A stretch of DNA of 64,000 nucleotides, from positions 124,001 to 188,000 of the forward strand of contig RDEW01000052.1 of the NCBI GenBank assembly GCA_011109175.1. Reading direction: 5' to 3'. The stretch's first letter is position 1; each line of letters opens with the position of its first letter. Position numbers and translations under genes: made by a program. The notes below the pieces were generated by a model, which ran no database searches, had not been told where the DNA came from, and saw only the letters and a list, made by a program, of their open reading frames with translations. Of this stretch, positions 35,860 through 49,420 are shown piece by piece. Origin of the DNA: Dicyema japonicum. Lineage: Eukaryota; Animalia; Dicyemida.

Positions 35860-36480
35860 AAGGAGATCCCTTCTGACCCCTCTTATTTTTCCTGAAAAAG
35901 TTGATGATGTGTGAGATCAATTAATCCACAAGCTAAATCTTTAGTAATCTCGACGTTTGCCAATTTAGAGGATCATTCAAAAAAACGTACAATTCATTAC
36001 TTAAAGCGTTACTTGCTTTAAAACACTTGGGCTCGGACATCAATCTTAACAAATCAAAGCTAATAAATCTCTCATATCCAAGCACCGGCTTTCTCCCTAT
36101 CAAGGAGTCTTTTAACGAACTGCTTCTGGGATCCCGACTGTGCAAGTTGATAAATTATATTTTCTCGGATGCTCACTCAGCGAAAAAGATCTCAAGAACC
36201 ATCTACTTTCCAAAAATGAAGAATTAACACGCCTCGCGAACAGCTTGTCATGTCTCGACACTCACACATCTTTTTTCCTGATAAGAAACAACATCGGACT
36301 ACCAAGCTTTATGTCTACTTTTATGTTTACCCTACTACAAACAATACAACAGTAAACATTCTATAGACAAATCTCTCAAACAATTCACTAATTAACGTCA
36401 CGAATATGGTTGGAAGCAATGTAAGCTTCCTTCCGAATTTTGGAACTAGAATTTGACTAAACTTGTCAGAAATGGAACGA
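35860..36480 (+). mobile_element. CRE1-family internal fragment (copy at 46480-47290)
   Basis: High nucleotide similarity to 16130-16890 (QGDPL..., KNEELTRLA..SCLDTHTSFFLIRNNIGLP). Confidence 0.85.
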
Positions 36481-36594
36481 CTCCGGCCGTGGTATTAGAG
36501 CAGTGGTATTAGCTCCGCATAGGCAGGACACACACTTTATTTAAGTAAAGAACAGTTAATTTTAACTAATCGTAGAACAAGGGAATGATCTTCA

Positions 36595-36804
36595 CTTCTT
36601 TTTTCTTTTTCTTGTCTGGGTTTTTTTGAAAATCCAGTTCCGCACTGAGAGTCTACTGATGACGGCGTCACTCGTTAAGCTTTTTTAGCATCGTAGATGC
36701 GTGGAACCTTCCACCAGGTGAAAAGAAGCGAGAATTGAACGAGAATCGAACCCGTAACCTAAGTCACTTTAGCCCGACATAACCTACCACTATGCCACCC
36801 GGGT
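36595..36804 (-). mobile_element. tRNA-derived SINE
   Basis: A box TGGCATAGTGG, B box GGTTCGATTC, a body shared with 7555-7630 and an A-rich tail. Confidence 0.7.
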
Positions 36805-37429
36805 ACACCAAACACCTAACCACTATGCACTGTAAAAATAATCTGATAAAATAGATTCGATAGAATTCGTCAAAAATTAATCAAAATATTAAAACACTTA
36901 ATTATTATTGAAAATAATTATTTAATTAATCAAATTTAATTAGTTAAAGTCGATGTGCTTGCAGTGAGTACCAATTATTCACTCTTGCATCTTCCTGTGA
37001 ACTCAATGAGTTGATGAACGTTAAGCAGCTGTCATATTGTGATCAAGCATGGGGATACCATTAATAAGTAAATGGAATGCGAATCCCGAAAAGAAGATAT
37101 TCGTACATAGGTACAGTCTTCTTAGAATTTTCGCTATAACTTCGAATTAAGCATCACGTCCATCCATATTCGCAGTTTTGGGAACCCCTCCAGTGCAGTA
37201 GGAAAAGATATATACTTTCAAACCTACAACTAATAACAAAATGATGACACTACTCAAGAAGATTTTTATAATAGACATGATTTGTTATCAGAAAATCATA
37301 TTTGTTGAATTATCGCTCTACTTCTTGCCTTTCGACTGTCAACTTTTTCAACTCGTCAGATTTGTCTATTTCTACTATCATTCTTTCATTTTTATTGAAC
37401 AGGTAATGCCGGTTTTTTAATATATCCAG

Positions 37430-37890
37430 GGCATCAGTTCACGTTAACAGACCTTTCTGATAAACACCTGCCAGTCTATTGTTGTCGGCGAATTCCAACC
37501 AAGATTGTTTTTGACAATTCTCTGCCTCGCAAATTTAGAACTCGACATAAAAATAACTAGTGGGGTGAGGATAGAACATTGTGGAATCCCCTTTCTTAGC
37601 AAAAAATTGTGACTGAAAATCGTGAAATAGTCCCCAATTGTGAGAGTTTTTGATTTCAGTGGAAGTTATCGTTTGGTGTAATTTTTAGACAGCCGGTGAT
37701 TATTCTGATAGCAGATTTTTAGTCATTAGTATTTTTTGACTTTTGTTATTGATAAACGAAAAAAATAACAGAGGATGCCTGATTCACGTGATCAAGAAAC
37801 AATCCGACCCCAACGACCTTGGGTAGGATCAAGGGAGAACCATCGAACCAAGCTGAGAGCCTGGATTAAATTTGTCTGATCACTTAGTTT
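37430..37890. mobile_element. LINE fragment (minus, AIRIITGCLK) plus LINE family B 3' stub (plus); copy at 48.0-48.35 kb
   Basis: SAIRIITGCLKITP on the minus strand; SRENHRTKLRAWIK on the plus strand. Confidence 0.55.
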
Positions 37891-38509
37891 GTTTTTTATC
37901 AGCTTAAAGCTGCTCTTAGAATAAAAATATTATAATCCCACTCAGTCTTTATACTCCGTTTTTAATTGCAACATAAACTTCAAAAGGATCGCTTTTACAA
38001 CTAAATAGGCGACCTTACGCTCAGATTTGGGAAAATGCAAAAAAGAGTTCATAGATGGATCAGCTCTCAAAAATGGAAAATAATGGTGGGATTTTCTGTG
38101 CGAGAGTGCTAGTAACAGAAGATCACAGTTCGAAGGGATCCTCGTTCACTTATTAATGGTTAGTGATTCAGAAATTATCGAATGTGGCTTTTGAATAATA
38201 ACACAGTTTGGCTTTGACGATATTTGTGTAGAATTACTGACTCAGCTAAAAATATCAATGTCAATCGTTGATATTTTTAAAAGCAATCATTATTTTATGG
38301 AAATGTCACAGATTCAGAAAAGTGATGTATATTTTGGGAGTTGACTTTCAAAACTTTTGACTTGAAATAAATAACTGTTCTCAAGAACGTTTTTGAAAAA
38401 AATTGCCTTAGTATTATACGACTTTTGACGTCACTCGTATGAGGGTTATGCTTGTTGGAGTTCTTTTAATTACTTTTTACTTTTTTAACTAAGGATTAAT
38501 TTTAAAACT

Positions 38510-38960
38510 TATGTCAACAAGATCGGTAGCAATGTAATGGAATTGCGCGGTTTGATTGCAAACTTCAAAGTGGACATTGGGGTTGTTCAATAGTCAAAGC
38601 TTTCTAAATCAGCACCCACTCTTTTTTCTTAAAGATTCGTTGTATAACAAAAGAACCTTGTAAAAGGATCTGATAGAGGACTCAATTACCAGGAGTTAAA
38701 TTGCATCCAAAAATGTTACAGCAGTGTGTCCTCTATGTGGGGGATAATAATTTGGAAAAGATATCTATTGACTATTCACGTCGAGACTTTACATATGGTT
38801 ATTCTCTTTGTGTGTCATCGTGTTCAAAAAGTGTAATAACTATGCGATGGAGGACTGGCTGTTATACCGCGAAACGAGAACATGAAACACTTTATTGAAC
38901 TCAACACTAAGTTTCTATAGTATCACTCATTGATTTGGATTATTTACGTGCTCGATCGTT
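38510..38960 (+). mobile_element. LINE APE endonuclease fragment (copy at 48960-49400)
   Basis: NCNG..ELRGLIANFKVDIGVVQ-SKLSK. Confidence 0.5.
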
Positions 38961-38977
38961 TCTCAGATACCATAAAA

Positions 38978-39500
38978 CTGGGGCTCTCAAACTCAAATCA
39001 ATGCATGGGCCATTTTTTAGATTAATTAATTTTTTAACTTTTAAATTTACAAAAGAAAAGTTAATTTTTTAATAAAGCTTGCAATATTGCTGGATATTCA
39101 AATTTATAAAAGTTGGTTAAAAGATCATCATGATTGTATTTCATTACAAAAACAAATTAATTTCTCGTCTCAAAGCAAAAAATATTTTCAGTACATTTTC
39201 TCGAATCAACCATCTCACTTTAATACAACAATTCTCAGATTCACTATTCATAATTGACAAGAAAGAATTTGCCTATGTTTCAGAGATCTTTCACCGATAA
39301 AGTTACACATTTAACGACACATTCATAAAATCATTAATATTTTATTCAAATCCGATTTAATAAAAAGGATTTTAGTTTTTGTGCTTTTTCGTATCGCAAT
39401 TGTCCACATGAAAGTCATAGTCATCTTTATGGTTAAACTCGTAAGACTTTATTATTATACTCTTTTCTTATTCCAGTTATTCATACAGATCATGCATTGA
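38978..39500 (-). mobile_element. hAT (Charlie/GTF2IRD2-type) transposon relic, internally deleted copy A
   Basis: Colinear with 49420-50350; terminal-like sequence ctgggctctcaaactcaaat..gggcc. Confidence 0.55.
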
Positions 39501-39581
39501 AATTTTTGATTCAAATCTATAATAAATTACAAATTTAAAAATTCACGTGTGGTCTTTGGTCTTGTGCGTAATTGTATCATC

Positions 39582-42060
39582 ATGGAGCGTCGTTCATACA
39601 ATGGATCAACACACATTACACCCAAGAGACTGGACAGTACATGCTCTACATGCGGTTTTGGCAATGCACGCAAATATTGACTTTTCTGCTCGTCTCGGCG
39701 TGAATTTTTCTACCTCGGATGCATAAAGATGTCTCAGCGGGCTGCGTGCTCGCTCTGCCTGTGGATCTTCAGTGTCTGCATGGGAACTGGTCTGAAAACC
39801 CAGAGGATCATTCCAAACAAGCACGTTGAACCAACGAGCCTCTAGACTTCAATGATATGGACAACTTTCTTGTCAGATCTAAGGAAAGCCAGAAAGATCC
39901 CAATCAGGTTCCAAAGATCCGTCCAAATCCCCGCGGCTACATGCCTGGCCTCTGCAATTGACGATGCTCTCACGTCCGACGACCTGGAGGACTGGCTAAA
40001 ACTTCTCAGTTTTGCTTCGATGGCCCTTGGAATTCCATTTATCGACTCAAAGGGAGATCAATGGAATACAAAGGAAAGCACGACACTTGGGAACTCCCTT
40101 TCTTCAAAAATGAAGACGAACATCCAGGTTTTTTATGTGCTTTCTCTCAGCAAGACGGAAGTCAAGAAATCAAGACATTTTGATTCCTATCCTCCGGTTT
40201 ATTTGAATGGCCCTGAAAAACTTAAAGAGAGAGTGAACCGCAAACTATTCGAAGGCGACGTCCGAGCGGCGTTGCGCGTCGTTGCCAGCGACGAAACTGT
40301 TATGGCTGCGACACCTGAGATGATAGAACTACTCAGACATAAACATCCATGTGCTCCGGAAGATTACCGCCCATTCGTGCTTCCGGGAAATTTGTCAAGG
40401 ATGACCGTCACCGAAGGCGAAGTGCGACGCGGCATTTCGTCGTTTGAGGCGAGTAGCAGTGGAGGTATTGATGGCTTGCGGCCGGGTCACATCGAGTATC
40501 TTACGGCGGAAGCTATGCAGAAGCTGGCTGCAACCTTGTCAAATCAATTACAAAACTGGTTATGCGTATTTTGAACGGAGATATTTCTTCCCACGCAAGG
40601 GAGATCTTTTTCAGTGCACATTTATTGGCCTTCAAAAAACCTAAAGGGGGGGTCCGCCCTATCGCAGTAGGCAACTATTTCAGAAGGCTGACAGCGAAAA
40701 TCGCGTGCAGCATTGTCTGTCCAAGAATATCTGAAGAATTTCCTCCCTTCAACTGGGGGTTAGTGAAAGTAACGGATGCGAGGTGTTTTTTTGGAAAGAA
40801 GGACGAACGAAACCCATACATTGGGTTAAGCTGGACATCTGCAATGCCTTCAATTCATTGAAGAGGGATCAAATTTTTGAAACTACAAGCAAACGAGCCC
40901 CGGAACTTATTCCACTTGTCTTCCTCGCTTACGTAACCAATTCTTCACTGGTTTTCGGGGACAAGATTATCTGTTCGGAGACCGGAGTAAACAAGGGGAC
41001 CCACTTGGTCCACTATTCTTCGCTCTGGCCATCGATGAATTTGTCCGCTCTATAAACACACAACTAAACCTTTGGCATCTCGATGACACCACAATTGGAG
41101 GTCCGTGGTGAAAAAGTACACGACGTTCTGTCAAATGCCGTGCCGGCACTACGAAACCTCGGACTTGAGATAAACATAAAGAAATCGGAGCAAATAATAT
41201 CACATACTCGGAGATTGAATTAATCAACGTGGTCAAGTTTTTCAACTCTGTACTACCTGGAATTACTGTCGTACTCAGGGAGCGGACATACTTTCTTGGG
41301 TGCCCACTTGACGAAAATGATCTGCTGAGCCATCTACTAACAAAAGAGGATGAACTCTCAAGAGTCACGGAGAAACTCACTTAACTCGATGGTCATACAG
41401 CGTTCTTCCTTTTGAAAAATAGCATCGGTTTGCCCAAACTCCTATAGGCTCTCCGATGCTCTCCCTGCTTCAAACATCGTGACATCCTCCTGTCACTAGA
41501 TAGGACATTGAGAAAATCAACTGAATTGCTCTAAACATTCACTTTGATCTGTCGAGTTGGAACCAATGCAAGCTTACTACACGCCTCGAGGACCGGGTTT
41601 CAGGTCGGCGCTGGAGATTGCCTATCCAGCATATGTGTCATCGATGTCAAGTGGAAGCCTTTTAGTCCAAGAAATCCTACGTATTACAACCTTACTCTCT
41701 TGGGAAAAGTCTTCGATGAAGCTCGTTGCGAATGGTGTAAAACTGATTTGGATATGCCGAACGATCCTTGGAGGCAACGTGACTGGGATGATATTTACTC
41801 CAAGAATATCTTCGACTTGCTAAAGTCTGAGGCTAACCAGCATCGTCTTGCATGCCTCGTGTCCGCCGCCAACCATGGGAGCGGAGCGTGGCTGGATGCA
41901 CTCCCGTGTTTCTCCCTGGGGACCCTATTAGACGATGACTGTATTCGGATTGGGATTGCACAACGCCTAAGAGCTGATGTTTGCGTCGAACACCAATGTC
42001 GCTGTGGAGGGATCGTCGATGCCAAAGGGCTGCACCCACTCTCGTGCAAAAACATTGAAA
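39582..42060 (+). mobile_element. PHD-CRE2: second PHD-bearing CRE family, decayed and truncated within the RLE
   Basis: MERRSY..CSTCGFGNARKY..LGCIKMS; KIPIRFQRSV..; GGVRPIAVGNYFRR; WHLDD; CRCG..HPLSC. Confidence 0.88.
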
Positions 42061-44755
42061 ATCTTTTAATCGAATTACAACTGAAACTATTGAAGGAGGC
42101 TACTTCCATTCGCATCTATCACATTTTCTAGGTTTCTTAGCACAATTTCCACTGTGTAGATTTTTAAATTTAAACAATTTAGTTGTATTTTTTTAGTGAC
42201 GATTTATCAGACTGTAACATTTTTTAATAAAGAATTTGATTTTTAATAAAAAAAGTTTAAATAAAAAGCTACATCTATTTTAATGTTTAGTTAGTTATTT
42301 AAGTGACCTCATGTCTCTCCTAAGAGGATTCCGATTTGTCTGTGGGCCACGTAGTCTCTTATTATCACTCAGTCTTCGGATGCTTCTCGTAGAAACATCA
42401 TTGTGTATCTGTTTTAGACGGCTCCGGTCATTAGAGCTGGAAGGGGTTGATGAGACAGGTCACTGGTTGTTATAATAATTTTCTTTTGTTTAGGGATTTG
42501 CATAGAGAATGACAAAGATGGACTGGGCTACTGGCTTGGAAGTGGAACTGCGGAGCTCTCACTTCCAAATAGTCTCAAATGGGAAGGATTCCGATTCCCA
42601 ATGAAGATCATCAATAAGAGTTGATTGAGACATCCAGTAATTGTTCTGTGCCCCATGTTTTGGAATTTTGTAGTTCGTCTATAGAAGTGAAGAAAAGGGT
42701 GACCAACAAGTACTTGCATAGTTAATATAGGTTCGAATTAATTGTTTATATATGATGGTTGGAGTGTCTTCTTACAGAAAAAGAATGTTTTCAGTATGTT
42801 GAGTAGTGTTGTTTCAAATAAAATTTTTCGATATTAAAAAAAACTAATTTATTTAAAAATTAAAAAAATTATTTTTTAACGAATTCATTAATAAATTCTT
42901 CTAAATTTTCTAAAGGTTAATTGGACCAGAACACAAAATCCAGCACATTGAAAATCTCTTAATCAAATTACAACGGAAAATCTTGAAGGAAACTAGTTTA
43001 CCGAGCTGCTCTCTATTCCATACACTATCGAAATATCTACAATTAAACAGAAATTTTGAGCCAATGCCATGTCCAATGAAAAAAATCTGTTCAAAATTTT
43101 CGACCCCACCGAACTCGTCCTCTCCCTTGTCGGTATGTGATTTCTTAGTTAGTTGAGAACATTTTGTTTCTTTCTCTATGACCAGTGATCTCCTCATAGA
43201 TTAATACAGGTCAACCTCCATTGAAAAAATCGAAGAGGAACCACTTATCTTCCAACTTTTCAGATACGGATGTAAAAGAAGCACTGCTAAATACAAAGAC
43301 TACATATTCCCACTGGCCAGATGAAATCCCTGTTATACAACTGAAAAATCTTGGACCTGAGGGAATCAGGACGCTTACAAAGATCTATAATTGGTCTTTA
43401 AATGGAAAACGCGATCCCCTCACTATGGAAACTCGCCTACATTTGCCCAATGTTAAAAATGGGAAAAACAAAACCGGACAGGTATCATTGCTATCTTAAA
43501 TGTCGAAAATTATGGAATTACTAGTTCTTCAGATCAGAGGAACAATCCCAGAGAAACCATTCTAACACGGATTTAAATCCCTTAACTCGACGGAAAAATC
43601 ACCTACTATCCCTGTGTGATTTTATTCGCTCAGAGTTCACCAACAAACCTAGGCAAAAAAAACAATTCTATTCTGTAGAAATTCTCAAGGTATTCGACTC
43701 CATCTCAAAAAAAGACTTTCCAGGAAACTCTTATCAGACGGATATTCCTGAGAATTTCAAACTCTGGCTGGTGAATTTCATCGATGAAAGAAAAAAACTA
43801 GTCTGTTTAGGAAATCTACGGTTGAATTCATGTTTAATTCCCAAATGGAATACCCCAAAGATCTCTTCTGTCCCCTATACTCTTCAACCTTTTCATGAAT
43901 GATATCCTGACTCCGGAGCATGAGGATGACCTTTTACTGAATTATCCAGATGATATTGTTATTGCATACAGGACCAATACGTTATGGTCACCACGGAGAG
44001 ATAACAATTATTTGTAATCTGCTTAATCTTCTGGTTAAATCAATACGGTCTGTCGATCAGCCCGGAAAAATCGGTTAAGTCTTTCCTTACCTCTGATAAG
44101 ATTATATCCAACAAGACAGCGTGGAGGCTGAAGCAGATGGAAGCAAGTTACCATTCCAAAAATGACAGAAGATCCAGGTAGTAGTATTCGACACCCATAT
44201 GACATAATTGCGCCACGTGGAAATTGTTTGAAACAAATTTGAAAAGAAAATCAACCTCATGAAAGGGATCTTGTCTCTACTCCAAACTTGCAATTGTTCT
44301 TCTTTATTGATGATATTAGTCAATCATTAGACTTTTTGAGTGTATTCAAATCCACCACTAATGGGACTTAAGGTTCGTTTTGTTAAAGGCACGTGCAATC
44401 ATTGACTATTTTACATCAGGAATTCTGATGAGTTTTTTTTGAGCAGACATGACCACATCAGTGGCCTACATGAGTTTGTCAACATACTTTACCGCATCAC
44501 TGATTTCTTGTTAAGAGAAAAGATTGGAATGTCAATTTGCAGCGACATTAGATTGTGCATCAGATTCTTGTTTCGAACAACCCAGTGACCAAATTCTACG
44601 TTTTAAATAATTTCTCTGTCGAGTATTCGTACTTGGTCCATTGGAAATGTTTGCGCTAAATTTAAATTTATTTAGTAATATTATTAATAAAGAGATCACT
44701 GAATATGAATTTATCTTTATGCGCATTAATATAATTTAAATTTAAAATAACAACA

Positions 44756-46345
44756 TTATATATGTCCGGAAAATTTCAGCATAATAATGAATCTTTTCAT
44801 TTGGATAGTAAACAAATATTCTCAATTTTCATAAGAATGTTATGAGAAATAAAAATTTCCACATATTCAGGTCCTATTATATACATAAGGAATATCGATT
44901 ACTTCTGCTAGAATAGCACATTCCCTCACAGCCCAAAGCCAAATTCGGTCATCTGTGTTTGCATCCAATAAATTTTATCGTGGACTTTATTGACCTTAAG
45001 GTAGAATATAGGAACCAATACCTATCGTAATTATCGCAAACTACACGAGGAAGATATTTTATTGCCTTAACAATAGAATCTAGAATGGGTTGGCATGGAT
45101 TCAAGTCGCTAAAAACTGAATAAAACTCTAAAATTAAGATATCAAATTCTAAACTGAATGTGTATAAGATTCATTTATAACATCTAAATAAATATCAAAA
45201 ATATTCCTATGTATGAGATACATGATACATAATATTTGAACTCGATCCGATTCTGACCATTTTGTATAGAGTATTACTGAAATTTATTATTAAAATGCGT
45301 GTATCGACGTATAAACTAAATTTAAATTATATAATACTTTCCAAAATTGTTTTAATAATTTATTTTCAAAATTAAAATCAACATAATCTAGCTTTTGCAT
45401 AACATAGATAAATAGATTTTCTTTATTATCGAAGTGTTGCAAAGACGATATAAGTTTTTTTATAATTGATTGAGGATCATTCTATATTCTTTTATAAAAT
45501 ATACAGAATCGCTTATATTTTTACTGAAATGTAAAATTTTCTTTTGATGAAGTTTTTTAAATCCCTTTTTTCTGATTAGTCTAGAATTATTACATTCAAA
45601 ACTTTTTTAACTTTTTAAATACTTTTCTTTTAATAAAATATCCAGATAAATTCACACAAGTAAGATTCTTGGCTTTTTTGAAAAGTGAAAAAAAATTACA
45701 GTCGTATCCTCTTAAATTTCCATCACTTGTATGTATAAAATGTCTACATTTCATATAAATTAACCTTAAAGACTTCGGACTGTTAATACTTGCAGCAAAT
45801 TCTGTAAAATTAGTAATTAAGACATTGTGAAAATTTAAACGTTCCAGTTTATCAATTATTTTTAGTGTACTATTATAAATAGTCGTCGTTCTATTGTCTC
45901 CAAATAGATTGAGAGTGCGTAGTTTTCCAAATCCAGTCATAAATAGTTGATGTAGCAAATCTGGGTCATCATAACGCAACAGTGTGAATGATTTGACCGC
46001 ATTCGGGGAAACTGCAAGAAAAGGATTCTTTTCTGATGAAAAAATCTTGCTTATTGTAATATTTGATAAATTTGGATAAACTCGAATCATATTAACAACG
46101 TCATTTATATCAACTTCTTCACGAGTCAATTCAAGGCAAAAAATGTCTTTTCGTACTTTATTCGAAAGCCCATGTAAAATTGGATCTTGATAAAGTGCAG
46201 GACATAAAATAAAATATTTTAATTCAGTAAAAATTCTTTTGGATAACATTTTTTTAGTCTTGTCGTTTAATTTTATAAATTTTTGTTTCTTAAAGTATTT
46301 TCGAATATTTTTAATACATAAAGCATATAATGAAGGTGTTTCCAT
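44756..46345 (-). pseudogene. ZYG11: ZYG-11/ZER1-like gene, copy B
   Basis: 249-aa intact N-terminal ORF. About 640 nt present in copy A (about 33935-34580) is missing. Confidence 0.7.
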
Positions 46346-49300
46346 TTTATAACTTGAAAATATTTTAATGACCTTGATATGAATTATATTATTTTTATTT
46401 ATTTGAATTTTATAAATATTTTTTTTTATAAAAATAAATACGTCTCTTGTATTTGAAATTGAATTTATTATTCAAAAACCGGGGTCAACAAGGAGATCCC
46501 CTCTGACCCCTTTTATTTTTTATGAAAAATTGATGATGTTGTGAGATCAATTAATCCACAGCTAAATCTTAGTATCTCGACGTTGCCACAATTAGAGGAT
46601 CATTCAAAAAACGTACAATTCATTACTTAAAGCGTTACCTGCTTTAAAACACTTGTGCTCGGACATCAATCTTAACAAATCAAAGCTAATAAATCTCTCA
46701 TATCCAAGCACCGGCTTTCTCCCTATCAAGGAGTCTTTTAACGAACTGCTTCCTGGGATCCCGACTGTGCAAGTTGATAAATTATATTTTCTCGGATGCC
46801 CACTCAGCGAAAAAGATCTCAAGAACCATCTACTTTCCAAAAATGAAGAATTAACACGCCTCGCGAACAGCTTGTCATGTATCGACACTCACACATCTTT
46901 CTTCCTGATAAGAAACAACATCGGACTACCCAAGCTTTATGTCTACTTTGATGTTTACCTGCTACAAAACAATACAACAGTAAACTTTCGATAGACAAAT
47001 CTGTCAAACAAGTCACTAATAACGTCCGCTTCAACGAATATGGTTGAAGCAATGTAAGCTTCCCTCTGAATTTTGGAGTGTCGATGTAAGATCGCCGCTG
47101 ATGGTTGCGTATCCGGCATATCTATCGTCTTTCTCAAGCTGAAGCCATTTGACACGTCGATTCCTTTATCACATTATTAGAACTTCGCTGGAATAAGTCA
47201 TTTGACTAAACTTGTAGGAAATGGAATGGGTCCGGGCTCAAAATCTCCGAAGACACAACGAAGACAGTAATTGGGAAAACATTGTCTGCTCCAAAAATTT
47301 TGGAAAACTTTAAAAAAGAAAACGGATATTCCTGCGGAAATTTCAAACTCTGGCCGGTGAATTTCATTGATAAACTAAAAAAACTAGTCTGTTTAGAAAT
47401 CCTACGGTTGAGCCCCCGTTTAGTTTCAAATGGAATACCCCAAAGATCTCCTCTGTCCCCGATACTCTTCAACCTTTTCTTGAATGACATCCTGACTCCG
47501 GAAAATAAAGATGACTTTTTCCTGGCTTTTGCATTTGGTATTGTTTTTGCATACAGGACCAAGACGTTCAGGTCGCCACGGAAAGATTACAATTGTTTGT
47601 AATCTGCTTAATCTTTAGGTTAAATGAAAACGGTCTGTCGATCAGCCCGGAAAAATCGGTTACGTCTCTCCTACCTCTGATAAGAGAATATCCAACAGGA
47701 CAGTGGATATTAAATTCGGCGGGACACATAATTTGTTGTTTTTGAACTAAATTTATATTTATATTTTTTCAGAATAGATAGTGTTTTAGTGACGCAGTGT
47801 GCTCGATGTTCCAGTTCGTCACCCTTAAAGTTTTTTTTCAGGTCAAATGTCGGTGAAGATAATTTTTTGTATGTGATCGACATAACCTTTCTGTATAAGG
47901 TTATAGATAATCTTAAATATGGAATCAGTTTTTAAATTAAAAAAAATTCAGAACGTTGAATTTCTTATCGACTGTCAACTTTTTCAACTCGTCAGATTTG
48001 TCTATTTCTACTTCATTCCTTCATTTTAATTGAACTTTGTGGAATTCCGTTTCTTAGCAAAAAATTGTGACTGACCATCGTGAAATAGTCCCCAATTGTG
48101 AGAGTTTTTGATTTCAGTGGAAGTTATCGTTTGGTGTAATTTTTAGACAGCCGGTGATTATTCTGATAGCAGATTTTTAGTCATTAGTATTTTTTGACGT
48201 TTGTTATTGATAAACGAAAAAAATAACAGAGGATGCCTGATTCACGTGATCAAGAAACAATCCGACCCAACGACCTTGGGTAGGATCAAGGGAGAACCAT
48301 CGAACCAAGCTAAGAGCCTGATTAAATTTGTCTGATCACTTAGTTTGTTTTTTTCAGCATAACGCTGCTCTTAGAATAAAAAATTTTATAATCCCACTCA
48401 GTCTTTATACTCCGTTTTAATTGGAACATAAACTTCAAAGGGATTGCTTCAACACTAAATAGGAGACCTTACGCTCAGATTTGGAAAAATTCAAGAGTTC
48501 ATAGTGCATCAGCTCTCAAAAATGAAAATAATAGTAGGATTTTCTGGGCGAGAGTGCTAGTAACAGAAGATCACAGTTCGAAGGGATCCTCGTTCACTTA
48601 TTAATGGTTAGTGGATTCAGAAATTATCGAATGTGGCTTTTGAATAATAACACAGTTTGGCTTGATCTGATATTTGTGTAGAATTACTGACTCAGCTAAA
48701 AATATTCAATGTCAATCGTTGATATTTTTAGAAGCAATCATTATTTTACTGGAAATGTCACAGATTCAGAAAAGTGATGTACATTCTGGGAGTTGACTTT
48801 CAAAAACTTTTGACTTGAAATAAATAACTGTTCTCAAGGACGTTTTTGACAAAAATTGCCTTAGTATTATACGACTTTTGACGTCACTCGTATGAGGGTT
48901 ATGCTTGTTGGAGTTCTTTTAATTACTTTTTAAACTAAGGATTAATTTTAAAACTTATGTCAACAAGATCGGTAGCAATGTAATGGAATTGCGCGGTTTG
49001 ATTGCAAACTTCAAAGTGGACATTGGGGTTGTTCAATAATCAAAGCTTTCTAAATCAGCCCCTCTTTTTTTTCAAAGATTCGTTATATAACAAAAGAACC
49101 TTGTAAAAGGATCTGATAGAGGACACAATTACCAAGATATAAATTGTATCCAAAAATGTTATAACAGTGGTGTCATCTATGTGGGGGATAATAATTTGGA
49201 AAAGATATCTATTGACTATTCACGTCGAGACGTTACATATGGTTATTCTCTTTGTGTGTCATCGTGTTCAAAAAGTGTAATAACTATGCGATGGAGGACT

Positions 49301-49420
49301 GGCTGTTATACCGCGAAACGAGAACATGAAACACTTTATTGAAGTCAACACTAAGTTTCTATAGTTCACTCAATGATTTGGATCATTTACGTGCTCGATC
49401 GTTTCTCAGATACCATAAAA

